DNA of 62,795 bases, filler included, from Syncephalis fuscata S228 (Eukaryota > Fungi > Zoopagomycota), in NCBI GenBank assembly GCA_025786725.1. It is 3 parts of 3 records of this genome, joined end to end, with 100 filler letters (N's around TTAATTAATTAA, not from the genome) between each part and the next. Parts side by side here need not be neighbours in the genome. Positions count along the whole stretch, not along the records: positions 1 to 28,812 come from JAHLTZ010000096.1; positions 28,913 to 42,264 come from JAHLTZ010000248.1; 1 more part is not named here. One strand, given 5' to 3'. Under the pieces are notes generated by a model. The model ran no database searches and was not told the DNA's origin. It worked only from the letters and a program-made list of their open reading frames with translations. Below, one piece after another: positions 18,693 to 31,420 of the stretch. The position numbers were made by a program, and so were the translations under genes. Each line of letters opens with the position of its first letter. Position 1 is the first letter of the stretch.

Positions 18693-20363
18693 ATGGCGGC
18701 CGAAGCACGAAAGCTACTTGAGGTTGGTTATTATACTATTTACTAGTCCTTCTATCTACTTGATAACATTAACTTTAATAATAATAATACTATAGGAATT
18801 GATGGGCGTTGAAGCCTTGGGCGGTGGACCACAAGAAAATATTCCATTTACTGATAAGCGTGTATGTCGGGCTTATCTATGTGGACTATGTCCACACTCG
18901 TTATTTACGTAAGTGATGACTATGTACAGTAGAGATGACAGCATATAGTCAATATCGATTGGCTAATACCTAATAACTGATATGATATACATTGTATGGC
19001 TATTAGTAATACGGTAAGACGGCATATAGCATATACTATGTGGATTAGAACAGTACAGCTTACAATCTATATCAAATATATTAGAAAATGGATCTAGGTC
19101 ATGTTCAAAGCTTCATTCGGATAAACTAAAGGAGGAATATGAAGCAGCTCGAAAAGAGCGCAGTTATGGCATTGAAGAAGAGTTTGAGAATACGCTACAG
19201 CAATTTGTACGCGACTGTGATCATCGAATTGATAGTGCACGTCGTCGATTGGAGAAACCTGCTGCTGAAGGGAAATGCTGCACCTTTGGTAGGAACAAAT
19301 ATAACAATTAGCAGTGTTTATTAAATACAAAGTATGTAACTATTAACAGTTAAAGGAAATTGCGGATTACACGACGGAAATTGCTACATTAACTGAACAG
19401 TTGAGAAATTAGGCAAGTAATCGATAATATTTATAATAAATAGGTATATTAACCTATAAATAATAGGTGAAGAAGGACAAGTTGATGAAGCAATGAAACT
19501 ACACCGCTAAAGTAGAAGAAATTACGGCTATGAAAGCAGAGAAAGAGGTAAATTAATTAAATAGTGGAATAGAATACTGATTATTTATTTGTTTAATTTA
19601 TTTAGGATGAATTACGACAAAAGCATGCCCAACATTCATCGGCACAAGAACAGAAATTACGTGTATGTGATGTGTGTGCTGCCTTTTTGTCTATTCTCGA
19701 CTCGGACAGCAGGTAAATAGAAAAGATTAATTGATTGATGCGATTATTAATGGAATTGAATTTTAATAGATTGGCTGATCATTTTGGTGGCAAGGTAATT
19801 TACACACAATCATTTAGCTTATCAAAATTCATATTAATATGTGTATGTGTATGTGTATGTATATGTATATAATAGCTTCATATGGGCTATGTAGCAGTAC
19901 GAGAGAGGCTTAAGGAACTTCAAGAACAGCGTTCCTCTGCATCAATGGCCCCTTCAATAGGGACAATGGCAGTTATCGTGATTATGGTCGCGGCAGCAGT
20001 GGTGGTGGCAGTGCTGGTGGCAGCCAATTAAACGATTACGACCGTCGTCGACGTGATTATCAAGGCAGTGGTAGCACTAATAATTATAATGGGAGTCATG
20101 ATCGATATGATGATCGTCGTGGTGGTGGTGGTAAAGGTCGTTACAGGTAATACACTGCTATTCATATTACTAGTATTACTATTTGATTGCCTATATTATT
20201 CTACTTGATAATAACTACGCTTTACTTTTACTGTTGTTATTTGTTACTGTTTAGACGTTCAGGACGTGATCGCTCCCGTTCACCAGACCGTTCACGCTAT
20301 CGAGGCCGTTCATCTCCACCGCCATCAAATTCATCATTATCTCGCCACGAACGACGCTACTAA
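18693..20363 (+). CDS. LUC7: U1 snRNP protein Luc7 (two zinc fingers + RS tail); contains apparent 1-nt indels
   Basis: MAAEARKLLE|ELMG...VCRAYLCGLCPHSLFT|NT|KMDLG(P)CSKLH, KLRVCDVCAAFLSILDSDSRLADHFGGK|LHMGY, and RS-rich tail RSRSPDRSRY. 7-nt micro-exon at 19007-19013. Frameshifts near 19099, 19400 and 19496. Confidence 0.93.
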
Positions 20364-20795
20364 GACCATTTACCCATGTATGTATATGTGTATGTGTGTG
20401 TATGTGTGTATGTGTGCAAATGCAGACTGGAAGCAAAACAATAGTCAAAATGAATGAGAAAGAGAGAGAAAGAGAGAGAAAGAAAGAAGTAGAAAGAAAC
20501 AGAGCCAAAATGCATATCATCAGTACAGATCAATATCAAATATATCTACTCATCTATTTAATATTCATAAATAACAATAGCATGTGAGTAATTTGTTTAT
20601 TTAGTGAATTTCTTTTTGTTTTTACACGTATTTATATACGCATTATTTGATTATAACATCATTAGATGGACGTAACATTATAGGAAGTCATGTAATGAGT
20701 TATTTCTTGGTATTTTCATCGATACATACAAACATATATATATATATATGATAGATATATGATAGATATAGATAGAATAATAGCAAATTTAATAA

Positions 20796-23700
20796 TTAAT
20801 TGAATTTTGTCAATGCGGTTCCTAATAATCAACAATACTTAAATCAATCATATACTCGCTTATTACATATGTAATACCTGAAAATCCGCGTTCTGGAACA
20901 GACATAGATGATATCATAGCATCTAATGTATTAAGTAAGCAATCTATGATAACAAAAGTTCAATCAATCAATTACCATGCAACAATGCTTGTTCATCTTT
21001 AACTAATTCTTCTAATGTTAACTGAGTACGAGGAAGTAGTGTTAGATCTGTCATTGTTTTGCATTATCAGTCAATTCTTCATCGCCGCGATATAATCGTT
21101 GACAAATAGGACTGATATTTAAACGTTTGGTGATCTATATAATCATTATAAGTAATATATATATATATATATATTACAAAGTAGTTAATTACCAATAGTT
21201 TTATATCTAATACGGTAAATGTTTTATAAATGTGTAAACGTATTGATCGGTGTCTTGATTTGGCAGTAGGATTGGCAGTATTAGTTACAGTACGCCTTCG
21301 TTTGAGTACTTTATTTAGTACATCATTTGTATTAGTAGAGGCAATGTTAGTGTCACGTACAACAATAGTAATCATTGTATCTTCATAGATCATTTGTCTA
21401 TATACATTTGAATTAACGATATTATTATAAAACATGCAAACCTACCGTTTTTGAACACAATCATGACAAATACTCAAATTACAAACTGTTTGTCCAGTGT
21501 TGATATTATCGCTTGGTGTTTCATATTCTATCCAGATTTCATTATCTACATTATAACTACATTAAATGGATGAGTTAGCTAGCTAATTAATAGAGATTTA
21601 ACTATCACCTACCATGATCGAAACTGTAACCAAAGATCGTTTGGTATTAAAATAAATGCGTCTGTATTATTTACAATAGTTGAACGGTCATCGATATTAA
21701 AGGGGAAACAATGATGTTGACATAATAAATGTTGATTTTCTATCATTAATGGTCTTGTAAACAAACAACCTGGTCGAACAAATCGCTTCCATTGATTTAT
21801 GAATTCTAATTTTTACATTAGATTATGTTTATACAACAAATAAATAGAAAATAGTTCTATTTCATTATTACCGGTAGATATAGCATAATAGCGGCAATCT
21901 TCCAATATACTCTCATTTTTATCGTACAATCTAATGTATTTTAACCATTTCTATCAAATAGCTATAAATAGGCGTTATATCTGTCATTGATACTTACTCG
22001 TTCTAGTAATCGTTGATCTAAACTGCTTAAATCTAAACCATTTCGTCCAGCTCATCCTTTTTCTGTTCTTCTTGCTTCTTTTCACATATCGTACAGTTAT
22101 CATTGATGGCATCTTGTTGCCATGCCACTGGTAATAATGGGTATATATTTTGTAGAAATACAATAATCTAATTTGCACCATTTAGTAATAATTCACTTAT
22201 AAATAACTAACTAACTGGTTTTGAAAAAGTATCTTTGTCTCTTCATTGGTCGTCATCATACCGTGTTCGCAGTAAATATCATTGTAATAATCGTTGCTAC
22301 TTGTTATATCATTCTTGTTGTCGATCAGTGTATCTGTCGATAAGTTTTGTTTTTACCATTTGACTTGTACCAATCTATTTTATACAAATTATTATATTTA
22401 ATTGATTATTTAAAATAATTACCATGCCACCATCGTTTTGAAATATATCCTTGAGGTTTTTGATCTTTTGACTGTTTCATTAACCCATTAACATAAGCTG
22501 TTTGATCTTTGTGCCGCATCTCTTCAAGTAGCCGAGTTGCCTCTTCTCGGACACATTGCTCACACAACGATGATATAGTCAATGCTGGCTCTGTAATGCC
22601 TAATGCTTTAACCAACTGGCACCGACATTCTAATTGTATTTAAATAATAGTCTATCTTTAAATAGTGGTACCACTTACTTTATGTACTTGTTTGGCCATT
22701 TTGATATAATCCAATCTTAGTTTGCCATGTGAACATTGTAACTTTTCATATGGTGACTGAATAAATTGAGCTTATCAGAAATAGCCTCTTTATCCGATAT
22801 CCTTTTCATTTGGTATTAATGGATCCCTAATCCAGGATTTTAATAGCTCTGTAGGTATAAAATAGCCCATATCCTATTTGTAGCCAATAATACATAGTAG
22901 ATACTATAAGAATAATTATAACTATAATTAGTGACTTACATCTGTGCTTGTAATCTGCCACTGATTAAAAATTGCATATCGTTCTTTGAATAATGTTTGA
23001 AATGTTGAATCCATTTCACTTTCTCTAATTTCAATCAATTAGTTAGTGAGTTAACTTTATAATACACTCACATAGATTCAAATTTGTTGATTTCTTCATC
23101 CAATGATTGTTCCGACTGCTTTAAATCATTAGCAATCCACTCGGGTATTTTACACGTTATTGACTCTGTGCCACGGCGTGTGTAAATTAACATATAAGCA
23201 TTCTTTGAAGTAAATCTAATTTTTTGTAAATCTTTAATTATTATTAACTTTAAATGTGCTTACATCTTCTTTTCATCTACAGGATCATTGTTAGAATGGC
23301 TAGCTAATCCATTTGTTTTGCCTTTATTTGTTGTTGTTTTTGTATATTTAATAATATCATGAACTATTGGATTTAATAGTTCCACTTGATCATCATTAAA
23401 TTTGTACCATTGTTGATTTCTAATGATTATTTATTAATATAAATGTTGCAATTCGATTAACATATTTACTTACTCTGCATCAAGTATATGAGCAATAAAA
23501 TGTCCATAATTGGCCTGCACACCATCATGAAGTAGTACGGCTGTTAGATTGTATAATATATCTTCATCAGAGGAGCTGGTTACAAAGTTTTTCATATTTA
23601 ATGTGGCTGGAAAACAAATACGCGTATTTATCTTTTTCTTTTCAAATGTTTTGCTATCATATGCAAATCGCATTAGTTGCAAATGAAGTACCTAACACTT

Positions 23701-25166
23701 CTACTGTAAGATGTATATTTGTTTATATGACTTAACGTAATTTACCTGAGGTAATGCGTCAATCGACAGTGTTCTTAAAGCATCTTGTTTTTCATTACAA
23801 TTCTCGCAAAAATATCTATTTTTACATATTACTACATATTACTATGGCTGTTAGTTAATACTTGATATAAGTACTCAACTGGTTATCTTCTGTTAACTTC
23901 TCGGATTTTAACAATTCTTGAATACATTCTTCCAATCGACCAATTTTCTGCAATTATATATTGAAGTTGCTATAAGTAACAATATTATAAACCACTTATA
24001 TTATATTTACTTGTATTGAAAGTTCAAGCTCAAAGAACGGCTCACGTCGAGTAGATAATCGATTGCATTGCTGACACCGGGTTCCGTAAATGTACTGACC
24101 TCCAAACTAGCACACTATATTCAGTCCCTATTAAAAAATTTAATAGTTTGTACTAAAACTTACTCGACGATGAATTAGTTCTCGATTCTTTTGATTTGGC
24201 AGCCATGCAAAAGCATTTGATATCATGGTAAGAAATAGTTTGCAAAATCTACAACCAGTTTAAATTAAGAAGTAGAAAACTAATAGCAAGCTATTTATAC
24301 TAACTCTTGAGCATCTTGCTGTTCGCCCGTACTCAGTCCTAGCAGATTTACTAAGCGAGACGGGTCATAGTAACGATATGAACCCGATTGCAAACAAGCA
24401 AATAATTTTTGAAGTTCAATACATGAATCATGCTAATTGCTATTAATAAGTATTATTTATTACATGTCATAACACTACCCACCATGGCTGGTCTATCCAT
24501 TTCATGATTTGGTATGGCATAATCATAGATACCTTGTCGAAATACATGATCATGATAGAGTACCTGTAAAAGCGCATTCATATAACAAGTAGCGCCTAAA
24601 TTCTATTTAATGCCATTAGGTATTTGTATTATATTAATGGGCGTATAAATACCTCAAGACCCGCTGGTAATCCTGGTTCACGTAATCGATTGCGTGGATT
24701 TGTAATATCACCTTGCTTTGCCTGTTTGAATTGTTTAAGTGCACCTAAGTGGTATTTAATCGAAAGTTTAGTAATAATCAACAATTTCAATTATATGATA
24801 TGACATACTTTGTTTTAACCAAGCATCTTGGCCAATATAATTAAGACACAGTGGGTTGACTCGACAGCGACAGACCTGGCACTTTGAATGGACCCGTTTT
24901 ACAGGTTTGTAGTGTTCTAGCATTCCCAACTCTACAAATAAAATATATCATGGCTTTATCAGCACCTTTACAATCTTACCTGCATCGAATGAATGTTGCA
25001 GACTAGTTGCATGTCTATTGGGACAAGCAGATATTATACTGTCTGACAGACCATAAGCTGTTAACACATGCTGTTTTGTAAGTGGTGCAGCAATTGCTTC
25101 TGGTGTTACCCATTCCCAGCACGTCGTTACAGCTGATCGTTTACTGCTAGAGCCACGCAAATCCAT
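20796..25166 (-). CDS. USP48: Ubiquitin-specific protease USP48-like (USP + DUSP + UBL), >20 exons
   Basis: N-terminal [17 protein letters not shown]|[53 protein letters not shown], repeated CxHG motifs and C-terminal ERGFSGTAL. Confidence 0.88.
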
Positions 25167-25589
25167 AGAGAATAAGAAGCGGAAATGAATGAGGAGATAA
25201 CAGCCTGTAAACACAAAGTCAACTAGGACACTCTACAGAACAAAAACCAAGACCAATGTCAATGTTTGTGCGAAATTGTTATTGTTACACTCAATGTAAA
25301 CGTGTTATTCTTTTATTTCGTATATGTACAAGCAGATTTTAAAATAGCGGTATATTGATATCAAGATTGATACCTTTTAAGTAAAATTTTATTATTAACC
25401 CAACAACTAGAAGACATTGCTTATTAATAATACATGGTTGAGTCTAGAGGACTATAGAATAGAATGGATAAATAAAATAAGCAATAATATGTATGATCGA
25501 GTGAGTGCAATGAGCTGAGCTCTGGTAAGCACAGTCAATAATAAGCAAATAGTTTTATTGATAAAATATATTCAGTATATTATAGAATG

Positions 25590-25725
25590 ATATATGGTAG
25601 TATTGATGTATGCATACTGGATAATAAAGCTATAATGATGAGTATTTTGACGATTGATGTTACTCACCACCCAGCATCATGTTCAATAGATTGAGTGTTA
25701 TTAAATTTAATAATTTAATTACAAA
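25590..25725 (-). repeat. Long-TIR repeat family copy
   Basis: TGCATACTGGATAATAAAGCTATAATGATGAGTATT...CACCACCCAGCATCATGTTCAATAGATTG is a reverse complement of the family arm. Confidence 0.75.
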
Positions 25726-25816
25726 TCATATTAGATTGTTAATAAATTGTTTATACGAAACAAAACTAGATATTATTGTAATGCAAACATAGACACAGAG
25801 GCACATCTAGTGTGAA

Positions 25817-26838
25817 TTATACTTGTCCTGGCATACCAGGAAGACTGATGCGTGGTAGAATATACACATACATAACAGTCCAGTAGAGCACGCCCATAAT
25901 CAAGCCGCTTATCTTTTCAGAAAGTGGATGAAAAGCGTATACGCTGCTCATTAATAGCATCCACCACCAAAGAGCAAGTAAGTAGCGAATACCTCGTGTG
26001 GCACGCCTTGCCATACGTGGATGAATAGCCGTGGAGTGAATGGCTGCCGCACGTAGACCTGATAGTTCCGAGTGTAGAAATAGTGAGGCATGGATTAGAA
26101 GCATAATATGGCCTGAAATATCGTGTCCACCATGCCATCGGCCACCTGCTTGACGACAAGTTACCGAAGTCGTGTACAAATCCATCAAATCAAATGGCTG
26201 TGATATCTCGCCATCATTCTCGACAAGTTGATTAGCCGTTGCGTCGTTCGATAATACTAATTGACCATTCATATCAACTGGATAGCATTGACCGCCAGAC
26301 CACCGATAAACACGATCGGACAGCGATGGACCCACCATCCACTGGGTAATAAGCCACCAGTAAACAGTCGATAGCAGCCAACGTAATACAGCAGCGCTAA
26401 ATCGCTGAACATTCTCGGCTTCAATCTTTACTTTAATTTGTTTCGCTTGTTCTGGAGTTAGTGCACCATTATCCTCCGACTCTGTAACAACAACGATAGA
26501 AGGTTGCTGTTGTTATAGTTCAGCGTTAATACGTCCATCACTTTCGTATACACTATTGCTGCACCTACCTCTGAACCCGATAGTTGCAGTTGTGGTCTTG
26601 GTCGACGCAGAAGCAAAACAAACCAGGCCCAAACAAAGAATACGGCCGTTGTCCAAAACCAACCAATCTTAACAAACCAAATATTAAAAATGTTGCGTTT
26701 ACTTGAAAAATAACTTTCTCCAGGCAGCGTGTTAAGCTGTTCTGCAATGCAGCCCAACGTAACGGTAAGCACGTAAACCACCGCGATAGACATGCCTTGG
26801 GGATAGTGGCGATCAGCCAACGTAGCAGCAGACGTCAT
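25817..26838 (-). CDS. SCS3: FIT family (Scs3/FITM2) ER acyl-CoA diphosphatase, 2 exons
   Basis: YFSSKRNIFNIWFVKIGWFWTT, YWWLITQWMVGPSLSDRVYRWSGGQC, GGHDISGH, WWWMLLMSSVYAFH and EKISG. Probable intron at ~26483-26567. Confidence 0.9.
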
Positions 26839-27096
26839 GGTTGTTAGGCTACAACAAGACTCATATGGATATGTATCGACCCTATTATTAAGCAGGGAAT
26901 GAGAAAGTTCCAACTAATGCAGTGCAACGTTCCAAACAAGCTATTATATCTTGTCGCAAAAATAGTTCGACGTTAACAATCAATGCAAATACGAATAGTT
27001 CGCGAGCGAGCAGGTGATACCAAACGAATAAAAGATACCATTAATATTTATTAACACTGTGCCACTTTACATATAATTGATGATTTATTATTAATT

Positions 27097-27401
27097 TGAA
27101 TTTGAATTTATTAGCTTAAGTGAGACAACGGTCCGTAGGACCTAACCGCGCATTTGCAACATTTGTCTGCCACCCCTAGGAGAATAGACGGTTCATTTCG
27201 AACCTATCCGCGCGCAACGCAGAACCTGCCATCTACAACTGAAACCGTTGGTGGCTCTCCTCACGTGTTGGAATATCGACCATTTCTTCTACGGAAGGAT
27301 CCCATCACGCATTTCCTGAAAACAAGATTCGAACTAGGCGAACCAACATTTTCCTACTTTAGGGAAGACGCGTTGACCGTTTAGGCCACCACGCCTCCCC
27401 C
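27097..27401 (-). mobile_element. tRNA-derived SINE (~305 bp) with near-perfect 18-19-bp TSD
   Basis: tRNA-like head GGCGTGGTGGCCTAAACGG (A box 27377-27388) and GTTCGAATC (B box 27326-27334), with no 3' acceptor strand. GC-rich body and an AAATTC-repeat tail. Flanked by TGATGATTTATTATTAATT (27078-27096) and TGATGATTATTATTAATT (27402-27419). Confidence 0.8.
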
Positions 27402-27523
27402 TGATGATTATTATTAATTATTCGATGGATCCCACAATCTTTTAGACACGTTGCCATTCGCATCGAGTACCATTCGATAAGGCAGCCTTCTTTTACGAAC
27501 TATATACGCATGCTTATTGTCAT

Positions 27524-27735
27524 ACTCGGTTGAACTCAACAAAACAGTAGTTCGTCGCCTCGTCAGAGGTGATTCCCCCGCTGTAGGTGCGCTGGGGGAC
27601 TGGCACGTGTGAGCGGTACAACGAACTGGCGTGCGTAAGAACAATCTTACGGCGGTCCTATTAGAGCACTTTTGGCTTGGAGAGTTCTTCTCCCTTCCTA
27701 CGGTCGAGGTGTGTCAAAGTGACCGCACATCATAT
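27524..27735 (+). ncRNA. Unassigned structured RNA candidate (~200 nt)
   Basis: GC-rich island with at least six nested or adjacent helices, several using G.U pairs valid only on the + strand. TATATA at 27501 upstream and an A-rich stretch downstream. Confidence 0.4.
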
Positions 27736-27809
27736 CAAGTAAAAATAAACAAACAGTGTAGTAATAGTTTTTAATCCTAGTAGTAGTATACATAGACAAT
27801 AATAGCGCG

Positions 27810-28721
27810 TTAATCGTCATCAATCTCCATTGAAGAATCATCTGAGGCCGAGTCTGGTGTTTCGATCTGTGCTGCATCTCGGCGCGTAATAGCCGACACG
27901 GCGTAACGTGCCGCAAATGAAACGACACGCTGTGCTCCATCGCCGGCTCGTCGCAGCCATGGTGTTGGGTGTCGATGGCCATTAGCGTTAGCTGTATCAT
28001 GTTCTGATGTTATTGGATTTAACAACGCATCACCTGCTACTTCATAAGCAACTCGATCGTCTGTTTCTAAATCTTCTAGCGACAATGATGGATTAATAGA
28101 AATAAACGGCGATGTGTGATCTTCCTCTTCCTCTTCTTCGTAGCCTTCTTCTTCTTCAGCTACGGCTTCTAATACCATATCACCATCATCCATCATAGTC
28201 ATCTCTGGTTCCATTTCTACCACTATTTGCTCAGTCTCTTCTTCTTCTTCTACATCCTCTTCATTTCCTCATTTGCCATATACTGCTCGCCTGCTTCTTC
28301 ATCCGAGCTTGATAATCGGCATTGTGGATAGCTAGTTCAGCATGAGCGTCTCGACTTCCAAGTATTCCAGTGCGCCGTCATTGCAGCCATTGGCAAAAAC
28401 CAACGTGCATGTAAGCCCAACTGTCGTCGCTAGTTTGTTTTAAATAAAACATAAAAGTGTTAGCAATGCATGGTTTATATGTTCTAATATGTAACCTACT
28501 CTTGTTCGTTGACGTATACGAAGTCGCTCAATAGATTCTAACCAATGATCATATCTTGGTCTATTCAATGAGTCATATTGGCTACTTGTAGATTTATTTT
28601 GTGTAGTGTTATCATCATTTCTATTCACTGACACAGCAGATTGAGGCGTTGTCTCGTCGGCCGAGTCATTTAAATAGCTTGATGGAAGCAAAGGAAAGAA
28701 TGTAGTGTCGGTAGGAGCCAT
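27810..28721 (-). CDS. Acidic protein, putative APC/C subunit Apc15-like; apparent indels in exon 2
   Basis: N-terminal TFFPLLP, then YDHWLESIE (resembles the ANAPC15 HQAWLQSIA segment), RWFLP, and a long D/E-rich tail ending SMEIDDD*. Intron at ~28430-28499. Confidence 0.5.
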
Positions 28722-28812
28722 AATAAACAAGTGGCTAAACAAAACAAATAAATGATCAAGCCGTGTTTATTAATAATTTGATACGAGTATTGCTGAAAAC
28801 ACGATCCAGTTT

Positions 28813-28912
28813 NNNNNNNNNNNNNNNNNNNNNNNNNNNNNNNNNNNNNNNNNNNNTTAATTAATTAANNNNNNNNNNNNNNNNNNNNNNNNNNNNNNNN
28901 NNNNNNNNNNNN
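28813..28912. other. Artificial contig spacer
   Basis: N44-TTAATTAATTAA-N44, a six-frame stop linker. Confidence 0.98.
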
Positions 28913-29913
28913 AGTTATTCTTTTGTACATTTGGCTAAGGTAGCTATACCTCGTATTTATACTATTTATCATTAATGCTGATTTAAATAATCTAAACATT
29001 ATCATTATCCCGACACGTTTGTAGATGTTGACCATGCTCGTGAATTGAAAAGAGTTGTGAACAAATGATTGATGAAGGCCTTACAAAAATCAAGTTTTTA
29101 CGCAAAGGTATTGCGAGCGAGCGTGGCGCAAGAGGCAACGCTAGATCGACCAATGAAACAAATACAAATAAGGTTCGATTGCCTAAAGGTAGTGCATATA
29201 AAGCTGCAACAAATAGTTCAATTTAACAGTGACAAATATACTAATGAACCAGTATTTTAAATAATAAACGCTATATGTATTGTGCACCAACAACGTGCGT
29301 GTGTGTGTGTGTGTGTGTGCTCGCGTGTAAATGTTTATAATAAACCGGTTGTTTTTAACATTAAATTTAAAGTTTCTATGTACCATAATTATGCTGCCTA
29401 AGACTACTAGCTCGACTGATATTTAATGTGTGTTTTAATCACGTTAATATTTAATATTATTGCGTTTTAATCGATGTAAATAGAATACACAGTTTATAAA
29501 TAAACTTTGCCCTTGATTTATTACCTATCAATTGTCAACAACGATTATACTTATTCTAAACTATCGAAATGTACTCTTAAGCTATAATTATTATAATATC
29601 TACTCTACACATACATACTTGAATAAAGTAAATAATTAATTAATTATTATACTTATAACATCAATATTTGCTGCCAACTAGCGCACAACTATTACCATTT
29701 ATGCTCTATATCATTTAATTTATTACACCGTATGCAAATAAACTATTCGTATAGTTTAATAGCAGTATTTACTGTCTTATCTAACACACACATTCTATTG
29801 ATCAAGTACTACGATAGTCAGAAAGTAGTGACTTTGACGACAAAGTAAAAAATGATCAAAACAATATTCAGCAATGTCATAGTCTGTGTAACATTGACAA
29901 CAAAAAGACAAAT

Positions 29914-29995
29914 CGACAGCTGCAGGATTCGAACCTGCGCTCCCAAAGGGAAACGCCTTAGCAGGGCGCCGCCTTAACCGCTCGGCCAAACTGTC
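29914..29995 (-). tRNA. tRNA-Ser(GCT)
   Basis: GACAGTT/AGCTGTC acceptor stem, anticodon arm GCGCC-CTGCTAA-GGCGT, long variable arm, T arm GCAGG-TTCGAAT-CCTGC, discriminator G and a downstream T-run. Confidence 0.96.
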
Positions 29996-30276
29996 ACTTT
30001 AAAAGTAATAAAGTAATTAAACTAATATACTAAATTAAAAATAATTAAACTAGCTAAATAACAGGTTTATACGATTTTGATATACTTTGTTTGAATTATA
30101 CAGTGTTTTTTAGATTGTTAAAATTATTAGGCTAAGTTTTTTTTATTTTGAAACATCTATTTAAAAAATATTGTAAACAATAGTGACGAATATATTTTTT
30201 ACCTGACTTTAATTAACCAATTAATTAGTCTGTGAGTAATGATTAACAAATTTCATTTAGTATACATTTTAACACA

Positions 30277-31420
30277 ATGGACTTTTATTAGCACGCATGT
30301 TTATGCATTATTATTATTATTTTTAGCTATATCATCTGTAAATATGAACATGAATGATGTATAGTTATAGATAAACAAATAACATGATTTGATTCATTTT
30401 TAGAACAGCAAAATACAGCGTAAAGTAGTCTGTGTATCAAATTAATCAATTCGTTTACTTGACAGGTTTAGTATTTCTAGTGTATTGTTTCTTGCTTAGT
30501 GTTTTAGTAAACTACCATGTATATCTTAGTTAAAGGATATTTAGACGCTGTTAGTAATTCATTTTATTGTTGGTTACATTCATCTGTGCAATACAAATAT
30601 TGTTCTCAAAATGATTATAGCGCAGTCACGTGCATTTGTTAAATGGTGTTATCTAACGCCCTCTTTACTGGGTGCAATGTTGCCAATTTATATAGTTGCA
30701 TTTTTTGTCAAAGAGATTAGTTGTCATAATTTATTCCAGTATACCGCATCTGATATAAGCATTTAAAATATATGCTACAGTGTCATTTTGTTGCAAAAAG
30801 CATACATAATATCTTATAAAATCAATGGCTACTTTTAATAGGCATTGTATCAATTATTCTACAAATGGCAGTTCCACTATGATGTTAAACGTTATTGTCA
30901 TTGTTAATATTGCTTTATATTGCCATGACTATTTTTATTATTCACGGGATTGGCTTCTATGGTGGTTCTGTACATCTTTAGCTACCAACTTATTTTTCTC
31001 GTCGGTATTTAGTTACATGACTTATAAACAATATCGTATAGTTAGTTCTAAAATCTGAAAGAATTTAGCCAAAAACGGCATTCAATTTATGCGCCTTGTT
31101 ATACTTTGTAATACAACCTGGGTCGCCATAACATTTGTTGTAGCATGTCGGGTGTTTTCATAGTTTCTATTTTATTGATTGGCAAGTCTAACTAATTGCA
31201 ATATTATTTTTAATATCAACGCAAAGCTATGTTAGCTCAGTTTGTTCAACTATTTTGACTGAGAGCTGCTGTAAAACATACAATGTATTAAGTGAAATGA
31301 ATCGCCCAAAAACTGAGAGAATGTTTTGCATTCACAAATACCATCGCCAATATATGAAAAAACAAACATTACTACAACTAACCAACCAGTTATACCATAG
31401 CATAATCAACATACTTATAT
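30277..31420 (+). pseudogene. Decayed multi-pass (7TM/GPCR-like) membrane-protein gene
   Basis: Hydrophobic reading RDWLLWWFCTSLATNLFFSSVFSYMTYKQYRIVSSKI*KNLAKNGIQFMRLVILCNTTWVAITF with in-frame stops and frameshifts. Boundaries are approximate and the family call is from recalled similarity. Confidence 0.5.

Noticed and set aside
27310-27396. Functional or selenocysteine/suppressor tRNA
   Set aside because: No 3' acceptor strand complementary to GGCGTGG and the T stem is broken. It fits a SINE head.
27546-27600. CTGACGA-GGCGAC-GAAC on the - strand as a hammerhead ribozyme
   Set aside because: GAAC instead of GAAA, stem II is only 1 bp and stem I is not adjacent to the core. CTGATGA at 27401 also lacks a GAAA partner.
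27154-27644. ORFs 27154..27384 (+) and 27414..27644 (-)
   Set aside because: They overlap the SINE and the structured GC island, have no convincing start or splice connection, and give no recognisable protein.
28813-28912. TTAATTAATTAA palindrome within N runs (also 42265-42364)
   Set aside because: Artificial six-frame-stop linker. It also rules out any gene-cluster claim spanning contigs, such as RAD51B with the Mek1-like kinase.
29795-29989. 64-aa ORF MAERLRRRPAKAF...
   Set aside because: Translation through the tRNA-Ser gene.
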